A DNA stretch of 32,000 nt, from NCBI RefSeq assembly GCF_000012805.1, contig NC_007484.1, forward strand, positions 1,410,001 through 1,442,000, given 5' to 3'. Position 1 is the stretch's first letter. Each line of letters opens with the position of its first letter. Below, piece by piece: positions 1 through 9,125 of this stretch. The notes under the pieces are model-generated. The model did not search any database. It worked only from the letters and a program-made list of their open reading frames with translations, and was not told the origin of the DNA. This stretch comes from Nitrosococcus oceani ATCC 19707 (lineage in GTDB: Bacteria; Pseudomonadota; Gammaproteobacteria; Nitrosococcales; Nitrosococcaceae). A program made the position numbers and the translations under genes.

Positions 1-361
1 AATCCCGGAAGGGTGGTTCAGCAAAGGGATCGATGCCCAGCAGTCGCAAGGGTTGGTCATTGTTATCAGGCAGGTAAATACTGCCTTCCACAACGGGGGC
101 GGAAGGGAATATCCCATGATTCAAGCGCAAACGGAGATAAATCTCCTCCGGTAACCCATCGGGTCCGCCTATAATCCGGTGAGTAGCTCGGCCCGTCACG
201 CTTTCCGTGGCAACGGTAAAAGCCCGATTGGCGCTACTGTTAGCAAGGTCAATGGCCACTACCACGGCAACCCCGAGTGCAATACCTAGCAGCGCCAAGG
301 CGATTTGCCAGGGATGCCGTCTTAAGCTTCGCCAATTAGCCCGCCACAATACTGGCGTCAT
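1..361 (-). CDS. ABC transporter permease, FtsX/MacB-YbbP-like (N-terminal part; gene runs off the left edge)
   Basis: Absent from the ORF track because it is open at the window edge. ATG at 361-359 overlaps the TGA of the upstream ATPase gene (ATGA). My translation is [66 protein letters not shown]... This gives a basic N-terminus, one TM helix, then an extracytoplasmic loop, as in FtsX-type permeases. Confidence 0.6.
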   Translation of the reverse strand, partial: MTPVLWRANWRSLRRHPWQIALALLGIALGVAVVVAIDLANSSANRAFTVATESVTGRATHRIIGGPDGLPEEIYLRLRLNHGIFPSAPVVEGSIYLPDNNDQPLRLLGIDPFAEPPFRD

Positions 362-1047
362 TGGGGGAGTTCCTCGGCGACCAACCCCTCGGGACGTAGC
401 CGCAGGATGCGGTCTGCTTGTCCAACTACTTCTGGGCTATGAGTGACCATGATGAGGGTTTTACCCTGTTGTTTGGTCAGGCGGTCTAGGAGAGCCAGAA
501 CCCGGCGGCCGGTTTCCAGATCCAGGTTTCCTGTTGGTTCATCGGCCAGCACCAGCAAGGGATCGTGGACCAGGGCGCGGGCAATGGCAACGCGCTGTTG
601 CTCGCCCCCAGAGAGTTCATCAGGAAAGCTATGGGCACGTTCCAGTAGGCCAACTTCCTGGAGCAAACTCTGAGCGTGAGCGTGTTCAGTGGGATTATTG
701 CGGCCGTTAAGTTCTAGGGGCAGCAACAAATTTTCCTCTACGGTAAGCGTGGGAATAAGATTGAAGAACTGAAAAATAAAGCCAATATAACGCCGGCGCA
801 GCAGGGTGCGATCTTCCTCGGAGAGCTGAGTCAAGGATATCCCATTGATGTTCACCTCGCCGGCACTCGGGAAATCGATACCCGCAATGAGGTTAAGGAG
901 GGTGGATTTGCCTGAGCCACTACGCCCGAGCAGTACTATACATTCACCCTTTTGGATCGTGGCGGTGAGATTATGGAGCACCCGGTGCTCGGTTTCACTT
1001 TCCCAGTAAGACTTACTAAGGCTGAGGAGTTCTAGTACCGGCGTCAT
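358..1047 (-). CDS. ABC transporter ATP-binding protein (LolD/MacB-type ATPase)
   Basis: Walker [13 protein letters not shown] signature [15 protein letters not shown], Walker [15 protein letters not shown]-loop MVTHS. ATG confirmed at 1047-1045. Confidence 0.9.
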   Translation of the reverse strand: MTPVLELLSLSKSYWESETEHRVLHNLTATIQKGECIVLLGRSGSGKSTLLNLIAGIDFPSAGEVNINGISLTQLSEEDRTLLRRRYIGFIFQFFNLIPTLTVEENLLLPLELNGRNNPTEHAHAQSLLQEVGLLERAHSFPDELSGGEQQRVAIARALVHDPLLVLADEPTGNLDLETGRRVLALLDRLTKQQGKTLIMVTHSPEVVGQADRILRLRPEGLVAEELPQ

Positions 1048-1176
1048 TTGATAAGAGACCTAGAGGCTTACTAACGAGGCATTATTTTCTATCATATTAA
1101 CAGTAAACGAGACTGATGGTGACTGGGTTTTTTGGAAGTGTCTGCTGGATGGTAGTGGGTCAATGGGAGAAGTGGT

Positions 1177-1644
1177 ATGAATGCAAGGTTCATGGCGGAG
1201 GCGATTAGCCTGGCTAGCGAGGGTATGGCTGATGGTCTTGGAGGACCTTTTGGCGCTGTGGTGGTGCGCGATGGAGAAATACTTGGGCGGGCCTGCAATG
1301 ATGTTATTGCATTGCGTGATCCTACTGCCCATGCGGAAGTTCAAGCTATTCGCATGGCTTGCAGGAATTTTAATGATTTTCATCTGGAAGGTTGCGCTCT
1401 GTATTGTAGCTGTGAGCCTTGTCCTATGTGTTTGGGGGCTGCCTATTGGGCTCGGATTGGGTGGATCTATTAGGCCGCTGGCCAGGAAGATGCGGCCCAT
1501 ATCGGCTTCGACGATGGGGCCATTTATAGCTAGTTATCTCTTGAACCAGGCAGGCGTCGGATCCCCATGTTTCAGCTCATGCGGAATGAGATTCTGGAGG
1601 TTTTTGCACGTTGGCAGGAAAAAACAGATCGGGTTCTTTACTGA
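1177..1644 (+). pseudogene. Guanine deaminase / CMP-dCMP (cytidine-deaminase-fold) zinc deaminase, interrupted by two in-frame TAG codons
   Basis: The N-terminal 98 codons carry the zinc motifs HAE (..DPTAHAEVQAIR..) and PCPMC (..SCEPCPMCLGA..). The same frame continues past TAG 1471-1473 and TAG 1531-1533 as AAGQEDAAHIGFDDGAIYS*LSLEPGRRRIPMFQLMRNEILEVFARWQEKTDRVLY, ending at TGA 1642-1644. Total length is 155 codons, the size of the Bacillus GuaD-type enzyme as I recall it. Confidence 0.75.
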
Positions 1645-1794
1645 GCAGCAGCGCGTTGAGTGACTCCGACATACGCATAAAAACTTGCCCAATTGAGCGG
1701 GGAGTAGCGGTATTTAACTTGTTTTCTGGAAAAGCCCCGTTTCCCACCCCTGGGAGGATATCGCACTTCCTTGTGCTTCTCCAACTAGGTTGGG

Positions 1795-3567
1795 TTACTT
1801 ATTGCCTTCTCTGTTATTGTCCGTTGTTTCCATTTCTTCAGGGGGTACGGCCATTTTGGGCACAGACATTTCTCCAGGGGGATGAATGATGAGTTCCTTG
1901 GTTTCCCCCCTGTTGCCCGCGGGTATAGCGATTCCCTGGATGGATTGAGTGAGATCATCATACTGCTCACTATATCTGCCATCATTGCTCGTCGGGGCAT
2001 CGATTCCCCCAACGGGTTGGGGCTTGCCAAGGTCGTTATATTGAAGAACGCCGAAGGGTTGTATCTGTTCGTCGGTAGGCAGTTGTTCGCGGTTCCAGCC
2101 TCCGCCAAGGGCCCGGACGAGCTCAACCGAGGATTTCATCAGCTCGGCTTTACCCCTAACTACCTCGATGCGTGCATCCAGAGTGTTGATTTGCGCGAAC
2201 AGAAGATCAAGACTGGTCGCCAGTCCCCCTTGATAGAGGTTGACGGTCAGATTTTGTGTTTCAAGGGCGGCTTCGACCGAGGTTATCAGTTTTTCGACTT
2301 GGGCGGAGATTAAATTCGTTCTGCTCAAACCGTTCTCGACTTCACGAAAGGCATTGAGCACCGTCGAACGGTAATCGTCTACCGTTTCGCGATAAACGGA
2401 CCAAGCTTGTTGCAATCGGGCGCGGCGATGTCCACCTTGGAAAATTGGAAGCCTAACCTCCAATCCGTAGGACCAGAAACTCTTGGCCAAATCGAATAGG
2501 CCGGTACCTCCTTCAAATCCGCTGCCGGCCCCGAAAGAGATATGGGGGTAAAAGGCGGCGCGGGCGATGCCGATAGTGCGGTTCGCTTGGGCCATCTTGC
2601 GCTCCATGGCGGCGATGTCGGGCCGGCGCTCCAGTAAGGTCGATGGAATTTCTACCGGTAATTGGAACTTAGCCATGGGAAACTCATCAAGCGGCTCGAT
2701 TTTAAAGCTGCTCGCCGACCGGTTGACGAGCACGGCGAGCGCATGTTCTATGACTTGTCGTTGGGCCTGAATATTAAGTAGTCTCGCCTCGGTGCTGAAT
2801 AACAGAAATTGAGTACGGGTAACGTCAATTTTTGGCGAAATAGCGCCATTGAAACGGTCTTCAACGACACCTAGCAAGTCTTTGTAGTAGTTGACTGATT
2901 GACTCAGGATCGCCGCTTGCCCATCCAGGCTGCGCAATGTGTAGTAATTGGTTGCAACTTCTGCTTGCAGGCTGAGCCGGGCGAGTATATATTCAGCGGC
3001 CCGTTGCTCGGCGCGGTAGATTTTCATGCGGGTTCTATTGCGGATTCTTGACCAGAAATCTGGCTCCCAGGAAGCAAGTCCCCCGAACTCAAGCGTCGTT
3101 TCCCGGTCCGGCTCGCCAAGGCCGCGGAATAGCCGCTCTTCCGACTGTTTATTGTTGGAAGCGCCGAATCCTACTCCCAGCTGGGGAATGAGACGCGAGC
3201 GGACCTTCATCATGATGGCGCGAGCCTGGATGAACCGCTCGGCGGCGGCATGGAGGTCGGGGTTGGCTTCCATCGCCTGTTTTTCAAGTTCATTCAAAAC
3301 TGGGTCATCATAAAGCTTCCACCAATCCGGGCGTAGTTCGCCTTCCGATGGATTCGCTTTAGCAAATGGCCCCGACCCGCGCCATGAGTCGGGGAGAATA
3401 AATTGTTCCGGCTGATAGTCGGGCGTCAGATCGATGGCGGGACCTCCCATGCAAGCAGACAAAGCGAGCGTTAATAGGGAAACGCAACCGCTTCGGGCGC
3501 GGCGAACAAACACGCGGGCATGGCTCTTTCGGTATGCCCCCTTACCGATAGTGTTGTGCTTGATCAT
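1795..3567 (-). CDS. RND efflux outer-membrane factor lipoprotein (NodT/OprM family) with a long C-terminal extension
   Basis: Lipobox LALSAC near the N-terminus, two OEP-type repeats, and the family-typical ...VRALGGGW. About 110 further residues follow, ending in a Met/Pro/Glu-rich tail (HPPGEMSVPKMAVPPEEMETTD). ATG confirmed at 3567. Confidence 0.85.
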   Translation of the reverse strand: MIKHNTIGKGAYRKSHARVFVRRARSGCVSLLTLALSACMGGPAIDLTPDYQPEQFILPDSWRGSGPFAKANPSEGELRPDWWKLYDDPVLNELEKQAMEANPDLHAAAERFIQARAIMMKVRSRLIPQLGVGFGASNNKQSEERLFRGLGEPDRETTLEFGGLASWEPDFWSRIRNRTRMKIYRAEQRAAEYILARLSLQAEVATNYYTLRSLDGQAAILSQSVNYYKDLLGVVEDRFNGAISPKIDVTRTQFLLFSTEARLLNIQAQRQVIEHALAVLVNRSASSFKIEPLDEFPMAKFQLPVEIPSTLLERRPDIAAMERKMAQANRTIGIARAAFYPHISFGAGSGFEGGTGLFDLAKSFWSYGLEVRLPIFQGGHRRARLQQAWSVYRETVDDYRSTVLNAFREVENGLSRTNLISAQVEKLITSVEAALETQNLTVNLYQGGLATSLDLLFAQINTLDARIEVVRGKAELMKSSVELVRALGGGWNREQLPTDEQIQPFGVLQYNDLGKPQPVGGIDAPTSNDGRYSEQYDDLTQSIQGIAIPAGNRGETKELIIHPPGEMSVPKMAVPPEEMETTDNNREGNK

Positions 3568-3620
3568 AATTTTTATTGATTTATTTAGAAAAGCTGTTGT
3601 CGGGATGACGGCGCGACATT

Positions 3621-3660
3621 CCCAGTAAGGATGATGGGCTCGCCCATCATCCTTACTGGG
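3621..3660. repeat. Perfect 18-bp-stem hairpin between the MFP and OMP genes
   Basis: cccagtaaggatgatggg-ctcg-cccatcatccttactggg. No T-run follows on either strand. Confidence 0.7.
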
Positions 3661-3675
3661 AAACGGGCGAGTTGG

Positions 3676-5337
3676 CTAAGGATTGTCTCTCATAGCCAAC
3701 TCGCCGTGGCCGGTGGCCATATTCAGCACTGCCTTCTGCTTGGGGGTGTCGGCCGCTTCGAACCAGAGCGTTAACGACCAATCGCCTACCCTAGGTAAGT
3801 CAAGCGATCCACCGTAAATACCGGGTTTCACCTCTCTCACCTTGGCTGGAATCTCCCTTGCCGATTGGGAGCCCTCTGCCGATATTTTAGCAACCGCATC
3901 AACTTCAGCATTCCGGATAGGTTGTCCCTGCTGATCTCGAAGGTAAATCACCAATATATTTTTGCCCACCACGGGTTTTTTAGGCTCTAGGGTGACATCG
4001 AATTGATAGGGGCCCGCCCTGTAAGGCAACGTGCGGTTATTATCAGTGTGTTTTTTACCTGCCGCCTCTTGAGGCGGCTGCGCGCCGGATTCAGAGGGAG
4101 TTTTACTGGTCGTCTTCTGGGCCGGTAAATCAGATTCGGTCGCTTCATAGGGCGATTTTATATACCCTTTCGCTGGCTTATCAATGATGCGCACCTGGTC
4201 TCCTTCGAGCAAGGCGGCGCTTGGATTGTCCACGATGCGGTCGGTTGTGGAGATACCCGCCACTTCCAGAGTCCTGGCGCGAATTCTTCTCACTTCAATC
4301 GGCTTGAAGTGAATACGGTTATCCGCGGTTACTAGGGCCGCAGTCGCCCCCTCTTCCTCAAACACCAAGGAAGTAGTCGGAATCGAAACCGCGCCGCGCT
4401 CAACCGGCGCCGTGATATGGACCGAGGCGTAGGAGCCAGGCCAGAGCACCCCATCCTCATTTTCGATTACAAATTCGGTCACCGCGGTCCGCGTGCTCAC
4501 ATCAAATCCCCCGGCGACGGTCAGGAAATGGGCGGTGAAACGGCGCTTAGGGAACTGGGGCACAGTGACCTCGGCTGTCAGACCGGGCTTGAGAAAGGGT
4601 CCGAACGATTCCGGCACGCTGACAAAAAGGCGCATCTTACTGGTGTCGGCTACGGTGAACATATTGGCTTCTTCTGCTCCTTTCAGGCTAAGGCTGCCCG
4701 TCTCATTGACGTAATCACCGACATTAACGTTACGCTCTATCACCACCCCATCGAAGGGGGCGATGATGTGTCTGAAGCTTCTCTTCGCCTCGATGTTTTT
4801 AAGTTCTTGTTTCGCCTTGTTGAGTTCCGCATTTTTCACTCTTTCATTGGCTGTTTTCACCGAGACCGACTGTGTGGAAACCGCTTTGGTATCGCCTAAA
4901 TTTACCCAGCGGCCCTTGGTTACCACGGCAAGTTTATATTCAGCCTCTTTAGCCACGACTTGCGCCTGGGCCATTCTATATTCAGCGTTGATCATAGGCG
5001 TGTTGAGCTCGGCGAGAAGATCGCCTTTTTTTACCTTGGCGCCGTAGTCTGAGTACCACATGTCCACATAGCCCGATACCCGTGCGTAGATGGGCGCTTG
5101 ATGCCAGGCCACGAAATTCCCGGGAAGGTCAATGCTCCGATTTGCCTCCAACTCCCTGGGGTATAGGACCGTTACCGCTGGAATAGCCCTCTCCAGCGTT
5201 TCCTCCCGTATTGCGGTGGCGTTGTGCTTGCTTTCGTAGGCTCGGTAGCCTAAATAAAGCCCGACAACAACCACGATAACGACGATCAGCAGGGCGCTTC
5301 CGCGCCAGGATTTTTTACGATGCAAGTTCTCGTTCAT
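3676..5337 (-). CDS. RND efflux periplasmic adaptor (MFP/HlyD family) fused to a C-terminal YtkA/FixH-like domain
   Basis: N-terminal TM anchor, lipoyl-like and beta-barrel MFP motifs (..VKKGDLLAELN.., ..IIAPFDGVV..). An additional roughly 110-aa C-terminal module (QFDVTLEPKKPVVGKNILVIYLRDQQGQPIRNAEVDAV...PGIYGGSLDLPRVGDWSLTLWF) resembles YtkA/FixH-type Ig-like domains. The start overlaps the RND stop (ATGA at 5334-5337). Confidence 0.85.
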   Translation of the reverse strand: MNENLHRKKSWRGSALLIVVIVVVVGLYLGYRAYESKHNATAIREETLERAIPAVTVLYPRELEANRSIDLPGNFVAWHQAPIYARVSGYVDMWYSDYGAKVKKGDLLAELNTPMINAEYRMAQAQVVAKEAEYKLAVVTKGRWVNLGDTKAVSTQSVSVKTANERVKNAELNKAKQELKNIEAKRSFRHIIAPFDGVVIERNVNVGDYVNETGSLSLKGAEEANMFTVADTSKMRLFVSVPESFGPFLKPGLTAEVTVPQFPKRRFTAHFLTVAGGFDVSTRTAVTEFVIENEDGVLWPGSYASVHITAPVERGAVSIPTTSLVFEEEGATAALVTADNRIHFKPIEVRRIRARTLEVAGISTTDRIVDNPSAALLEGDQVRIIDKPAKGYIKSPYEATESDLPAQKTTSKTPSESGAQPPQEAAGKKHTDNNRTLPYRAGPYQFDVTLEPKKPVVGKNILVIYLRDQQGQPIRNAEVDAVAKISAEGSQSAREIPAKVREVKPGIYGGSLDLPRVGDWSLTLWFEAADTPKQKAVLNMATGHGELAMRDNP

Positions 5338-8300
5338 GAACTACTCTCCGGTTGAGCAACGGTCCGCTTCTGACGCCGATTGTAGATAATGGCGTACACG
5401 CACGGCACGAAAATCAAGGTGAATATGGTGGCCACTATCAGGCCGCCCATGACGGCGCGTCCAAGCGGCGCGTTCTGGGAATTGCCGAGCGACATCGGCA
5501 ACATACCGAATATCATGGCCGCAGCGGTCATTAGCACTGGGCGGAAGCGGGCAATCCCGGCTTCAATGGCCGCCCGCAATGCTTCGCCGTGCATTTCGAT
5601 ACGCTCGCGGGCATAGGCGACGACTAGAATAGAATTGGCGGTGGCCGTTCCCATGGTCATGACGGCGCCGGTCAGGGCAGGCACGGAAATATTGGTATGG
5701 GTGAGGAACAACATCCAGGCAATGCCCGCCAAGGCGCCGGGCAAGGCCGTGATGATGATGAAAGGATCGATCCAGGACTGGAAATTGACGACGATCAGCA
5801 AATAAATCAGCGCGATTGCAGCGATAAGGCCGATGATCATCTCCACATAGGCGTCCTCCATGAGGCTGGCCTGGCCGTGAATTTCCACTACCGCGCTGTG
5901 GGGCACTTGATCTTCCATCTCATGGATGACTTGCCTGACATCTGCCAATACTGCCCCTAGGTCCCGTCCTTCTGGAGAGACATAAATATCGAATAGGGGC
6001 ATGATGTCGGCGTGGGTGACAACGCCTGGAGTGCCGATTGGAGTTACCGTGCCGACATTGCCAAGCAATTGCAGCTTGTTGCTTGAACCCTCGCCTCCTT
6101 CATTGCTTTGAATGGGCATGGTCAGCAGTTGATCAACCGTTTTGAGCTCCGACTGAGGAATGCGGACATTAATGGGGTAGGTCATGCCGGTTGCCCGATC
6201 CAGCCAGAAGTTCAGATCGATCTGATAGCTGCCAGCAGTGGCTACTAGCATATTGTGGCCGAAGTTCTTTTGGTTAATATCGACGCCCAGCCCGAAGGGC
6301 CGATCGGATTCGACCAAAAGGGTTGGTGTGTTCATGGTCTGCTGGATGACCACATCCCTGGCACCTGGAATCTTGCTTAGCCGGCCGCGCAATTTGCGGG
6401 CGAACACGAAGTTGTCAACCGGATCCGGGCCGTTAATTTGCACGTCGATGGGGGCGGGAGAGCCAAAATTGAGAATCTTCGCAGTCAAATCAGAGGCCTG
6501 GAAGGTAAAGTCAGTGCCTGGGTAGAGTTCTTTCAAACCTTTGCGGAGGGTTTCCCGATAATCCCAGACCGGCGATTCTTTATTTTTCAAAGTGATGGTG
6601 ATGTCGCAGTCCTGGGAGCCGATGGTAGGGGTCGGAATAAAGGCCAGGTTATGGGGGCCAACTGGCAGGCCGCAATTATTGATGACATCTACAACCTGTC
6701 CGGGCAGCAGCCGCCTGATGTCATGTTCCACCAAGGAGGCAATACGGCTTGAGACCTCGATGCGTGTACCCAGAGGCGCCCGCATATGCATCTGCATGAT
6801 GTCGGATTTAATTTCGGGGAAAAAATTACGGCCGTTGAAATAGTACAAGACTCCGGAAAGCAGCGCCATTGCCAGCATGACGATGACGACAAGTCCGCGG
6901 CGGTCAACTGCCCGTTCAAGGACACCACCATAGCCATCGCGAAAGCGATTGAACCCGCGTTCAAAACCTTGCTGAAAACGGCTGAAAAAGGATGGTTTCT
7001 TCGCTTCATGCTTCTCCCCATATTCCCCCTCCGGCACGGGCACCGCAAAATGGGTGCCGCCGATGTCACTATTATGTAAGGCCTCTTCCTCGGCCTCCCG
7101 CTCGGTCAGATCGTAGGTTTTCTGGGCGGAGCGGTCGATTTCCGGATGATCCGGATGGGGATGGTCGCTGGGGGCGTTAGGATCGTGCAGAATGTATTTC
7201 GCCATCGTCGGCAGCAAGGTATAGGACAGAAAGAAGGAAGCGATCATGGCGAAAATGATGGCTTTTGCCATGGGCCCGAACAGAAAGCCGGACACCCCGG
7301 TGAGTCCAAACAAGGGGAACCAGACGATGGCAATGGCTAATGTAGCAACAAAGGTGGGCAGAAGGATTTGTCTGGAGCCATCTAGGATGGCGGTCTCCAG
7401 AGGCTTACCCATGTGAATATGGGTATCGATGTTTTCGATTACCACGGTCGCGTTATCCACCAACACCCCTACCGCCAAGGCCAACCCGCCTAGAGTCATG
7501 ACATTGATCGTCTCTTCGGAGGCGTGCAGGGCAATTAGCGAGCACAGAATGGACAGGGGAATGGTGGTGATGATGATTGCTGTGGGCCGCCAGGAACCAA
7601 GCAGTAGCAGCACGATCAGGCCGACCAAGGCCGCGGCGATGAGAATTTCATGCACCACCTCCTCGATCGAGTGCTCCACGAAGCCGGAGGCATCGTTGAC
7701 GACCTTGAGTTTCACGCTTTCAGGCACGACTTTCTCGATCCGTGGGATCATCTCCTTGACTCCTTCCACCACCTCCAGGGTTGAGGCCTCGCTGCTTTTC
7801 ATGACCACAATCATGACTGCTTGCTTGCCTTCCACCAGCACCGGGTTCTTTATCACTCGGCCCATGAGGTTGACATCGGCGACATCGCGCAGATAAATGT
7901 AATTATTGCCCTCTCTTTTGATGGGAATATTTTCGTAATCTTCGACTTTCAGCACGGAGGAGTTGGTCAGAACGACCCAATCGTAGGAGTAGATTTTCAT
8001 GTCCCCCCCCGGCAGTACGAGATTTTGCCGGTTGACCGCTTCGTGGACCTCCTCGGGGGTGAGGTGACGGGCCAACAACTTTTCCCGGTCAATCATGATT
8101 CCAATCTGCATGTCCTGTCCGCCGTAAGGATGGGGCAGAATTGCTCCCTCCACGGTGACCAACAGGGGGCGGATGCGCATGATGGAAAGATTATACAGTT
8201 CCCCTGGCGTCAGCTCATCGGAGGTCACTTGCAGCGTGGCCACCGGCACCGACGAGGGCGCAAGCTTCATGATCATGGGGGGAGCAATGTCCGGCGGTAA

Positions 8301-8663
8301 GAAATTGACCACCGTCTGAGCAATCGCGGTGATATCGGCTTCGGCTTGGGCAGGGTCAACACCGTGTTCTTGCAAAAAGATATTGATGATGCTGCTGCCA
8401 AAGTAGGAATGGCTGTGGATATACTTGATGCCTTCGACCGTCGAGGTCAAAAATCGCTCGAACATATAGGTGATCCGCCCCTCTATGTCTTGCGGCAGCA
8501 TGCCATCGTAGGCCCAGACTACCGAGGTGACGGGGATTCGGATACTCGGAAAGATATCGGTCGCTGCGTTGCGCACCGACTGAAATCCCAGTATCACAAT
8601 AAGAATGGAAAGAACGACGAAAGTGTAAGGCTTTCGTAGGGCAATAACGACGAGCTCGTTCAT
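5334..8663 (-). CDS. RND efflux permease (AcrB/CusA superfamily), 1109 aa
   Basis: 12-TM RND architecture with TM4 motif GVLVDNATVVIENI. An acidic and His-rich insert lies in the central cytoplasmic loop (HDPNAPSDHPHPDHPEIDRS...EEEALHNSD). ATG confirmed at 8663. Confidence 0.9.
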   Translation of the reverse strand: MNELVVIALRKPYTFVVLSILIVILGFQSVRNAATDIFPSIRIPVTSVVWAYDGMLPQDIEGRITYMFERFLTSTVEGIKYIHSHSYFGSSIINIFLQEHGVDPAQAEADITAIAQTVVNFLPPDIAPPMIMKLAPSSVPVATLQVTSDELTPGELYNLSIMRIRPLLVTVEGAILPHPYGGQDMQIGIMIDREKLLARHLTPEEVHEAVNRQNLVLPGGDMKIYSYDWVVLTNSSVLKVEDYENIPIKREGNNYIYLRDVADVNLMGRVIKNPVLVEGKQAVMIVVMKSSEASTLEVVEGVKEMIPRIEKVVPESVKLKVVNDASGFVEHSIEEVVHEILIAAALVGLIVLLLLGSWRPTAIIITTIPLSILCSLIALHASEETINVMTLGGLALAVGVLVDNATVVIENIDTHIHMGKPLETAILDGSRQILLPTFVATLAIAIVWFPLFGLTGVSGFLFGPMAKAIIFAMIASFFLSYTLLPTMAKYILHDPNAPSDHPHPDHPEIDRSAQKTYDLTEREAEEEALHNSDIGGTHFAVPVPEGEYGEKHEAKKPSFFSRFQQGFERGFNRFRDGYGGVLERAVDRRGLVVIVMLAMALLSGVLYYFNGRNFFPEIKSDIMQMHMRAPLGTRIEVSSRIASLVEHDIRRLLPGQVVDVINNCGLPVGPHNLAFIPTPTIGSQDCDITITLKNKESPVWDYRETLRKGLKELYPGTDFTFQASDLTAKILNFGSPAPIDVQINGPDPVDNFVFARKLRGRLSKIPGARDVVIQQTMNTPTLLVESDRPFGLGVDINQKNFGHNMLVATAGSYQIDLNFWLDRATGMTYPINVRIPQSELKTVDQLLTMPIQSNEGGEGSSNKLQLLGNVGTVTPIGTPGVVTHADIMPLFDIYVSPEGRDLGAVLADVRQVIHEMEDQVPHSAVVEIHGQASLMEDAYVEMIIGLIAAIALIYLLIVVNFQSWIDPFIIITALPGALAGIAWMLFLTHTNISVPALTGAVMTMGTATANSILVVAYARERIEMHGEALRAAIEAGIARFRPVLMTAAAMIFGMLPMSLGNSQNAPLGRAVMGGLIVATIFTLIFVPCVYAIIYNRRQKRTVAQPESSS

Positions 8664-8680
8664 AATAATTTACCATGGAT

Positions 8681-8701
8681 GTTAATCAGGAGATGATTAA
8701 C
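8681..8701. promoter_or_regulatory. 8-bp inverted repeat (GTTAATCA-N5-TGATTAAC), candidate operator just upstream of the RND operon
   Basis: gttaatca ggaga tgattaac lies 18-38 nt upstream of the RND start codon. The function is inferred from position only. Confidence 0.35.
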
Positions 8702-8829
8702 AATCATGCATCATCAATGCCATTTTTTTTATGCTTATAAAAATCAATAGTCTAAATGAGATTGGAATCAACGTGCTGGTTTAAATCATCCGCGTTGGAG
8801 ATGGAGGGTAGGTGAAAACCACCATATTT

Positions 8830-8858
8830 TTGAACACTGCCGCATTTTTAACTATGTT
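8830..8858 (+). promoter_or_regulatory. Candidate sigma70 promoter copy 1 inside repeat unit 1 (TTGAAC-17-TATGTT)
   Basis: The hexamers and the 17-nt spacer were read directly. It is oriented toward the 9126 gene. Confidence 0.3.
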
Positions 8859-8999
8859 TTAACCATTAGAGTGGGATACGTTATCAATGCCATTTTATTT
8901 ACGCTTATAAGAATCACGAACCTAAATGAGATTGAGATCAACGTGCTGGTTTAAATCATCCGCGTTGGAGATCGAGGATAGGTGAAAACCACCATATTT

Positions 9000-9028
9000 T
9001 TGAATACTGCCGCATTTTTAACTATGTT
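9000..9028 (+). promoter_or_regulatory. Candidate sigma70 promoter copy 2 inside repeat unit 2 (TTGAAT-17-TATGTT)
   Basis: Same element 170 bp downstream. The -10 hexamer ends about 98 nt before the ATG at 9126. Confidence 0.35.
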
Positions 9029-9125
9029 TTAACTATTTAGCGTTGGATACATTTCATAGGGTCGGTTGAGTCGTATAAAACTGGCCCCATTCTTTTCCAA
9101 ATTCGGATAGGGAGGTAGAGAAATT

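Larger units (their letters stand above)
8713..9052. repeat. Tandem direct repeat, 2 x 170 bp
   Basis: The period is exactly 170 bp (atcaatgc at 8713 and 8883; acgtgctggt at 8771 and 8941). I counted 12 mismatches in the first 148 aligned positions, and the last 20 nt carry an indel. Confidence 0.9.

Noticed and set aside
207-673. Plus-strand track ORFs 207-446 and 443-673
   Set aside because: They lie antisense to the FtsX-permease start and the ABC ATPase gene, which have clear motifs. Their products are low-complexity Arg/Ala/Ser-rich sequences typical of antisense frames.
1060-1663. Track ORFs 1060-1500 (minus, 146 aa) and 1181-1663 (plus, 160 aa) overlapping the deaminase locus
   Set aside because: Only the frame starting at 1177 shows the HAE and PCxxC zinc-deaminase motifs and the conserved C-terminal region. 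The others are alternative or antisense frames without motifs.
1882-8676. Many 60-160-aa ORFs on the plus strand (and one minus-strand alternative frame, 8356-8676) inside the OMP, MFP and RND genes
   Set aside because: All are embedded in long, motif-supported minus-strand genes. Their compositionally biased Arg/Gly/Ser-rich products are consistent with shadow ORFs.
8713-9052. Could the repeat region be a CRISPR array or a minisatellite?
   Set aside because: There are only two copies of a 170-bp unit with no short repeat-spacer periodicity, and no cas genes in the window.
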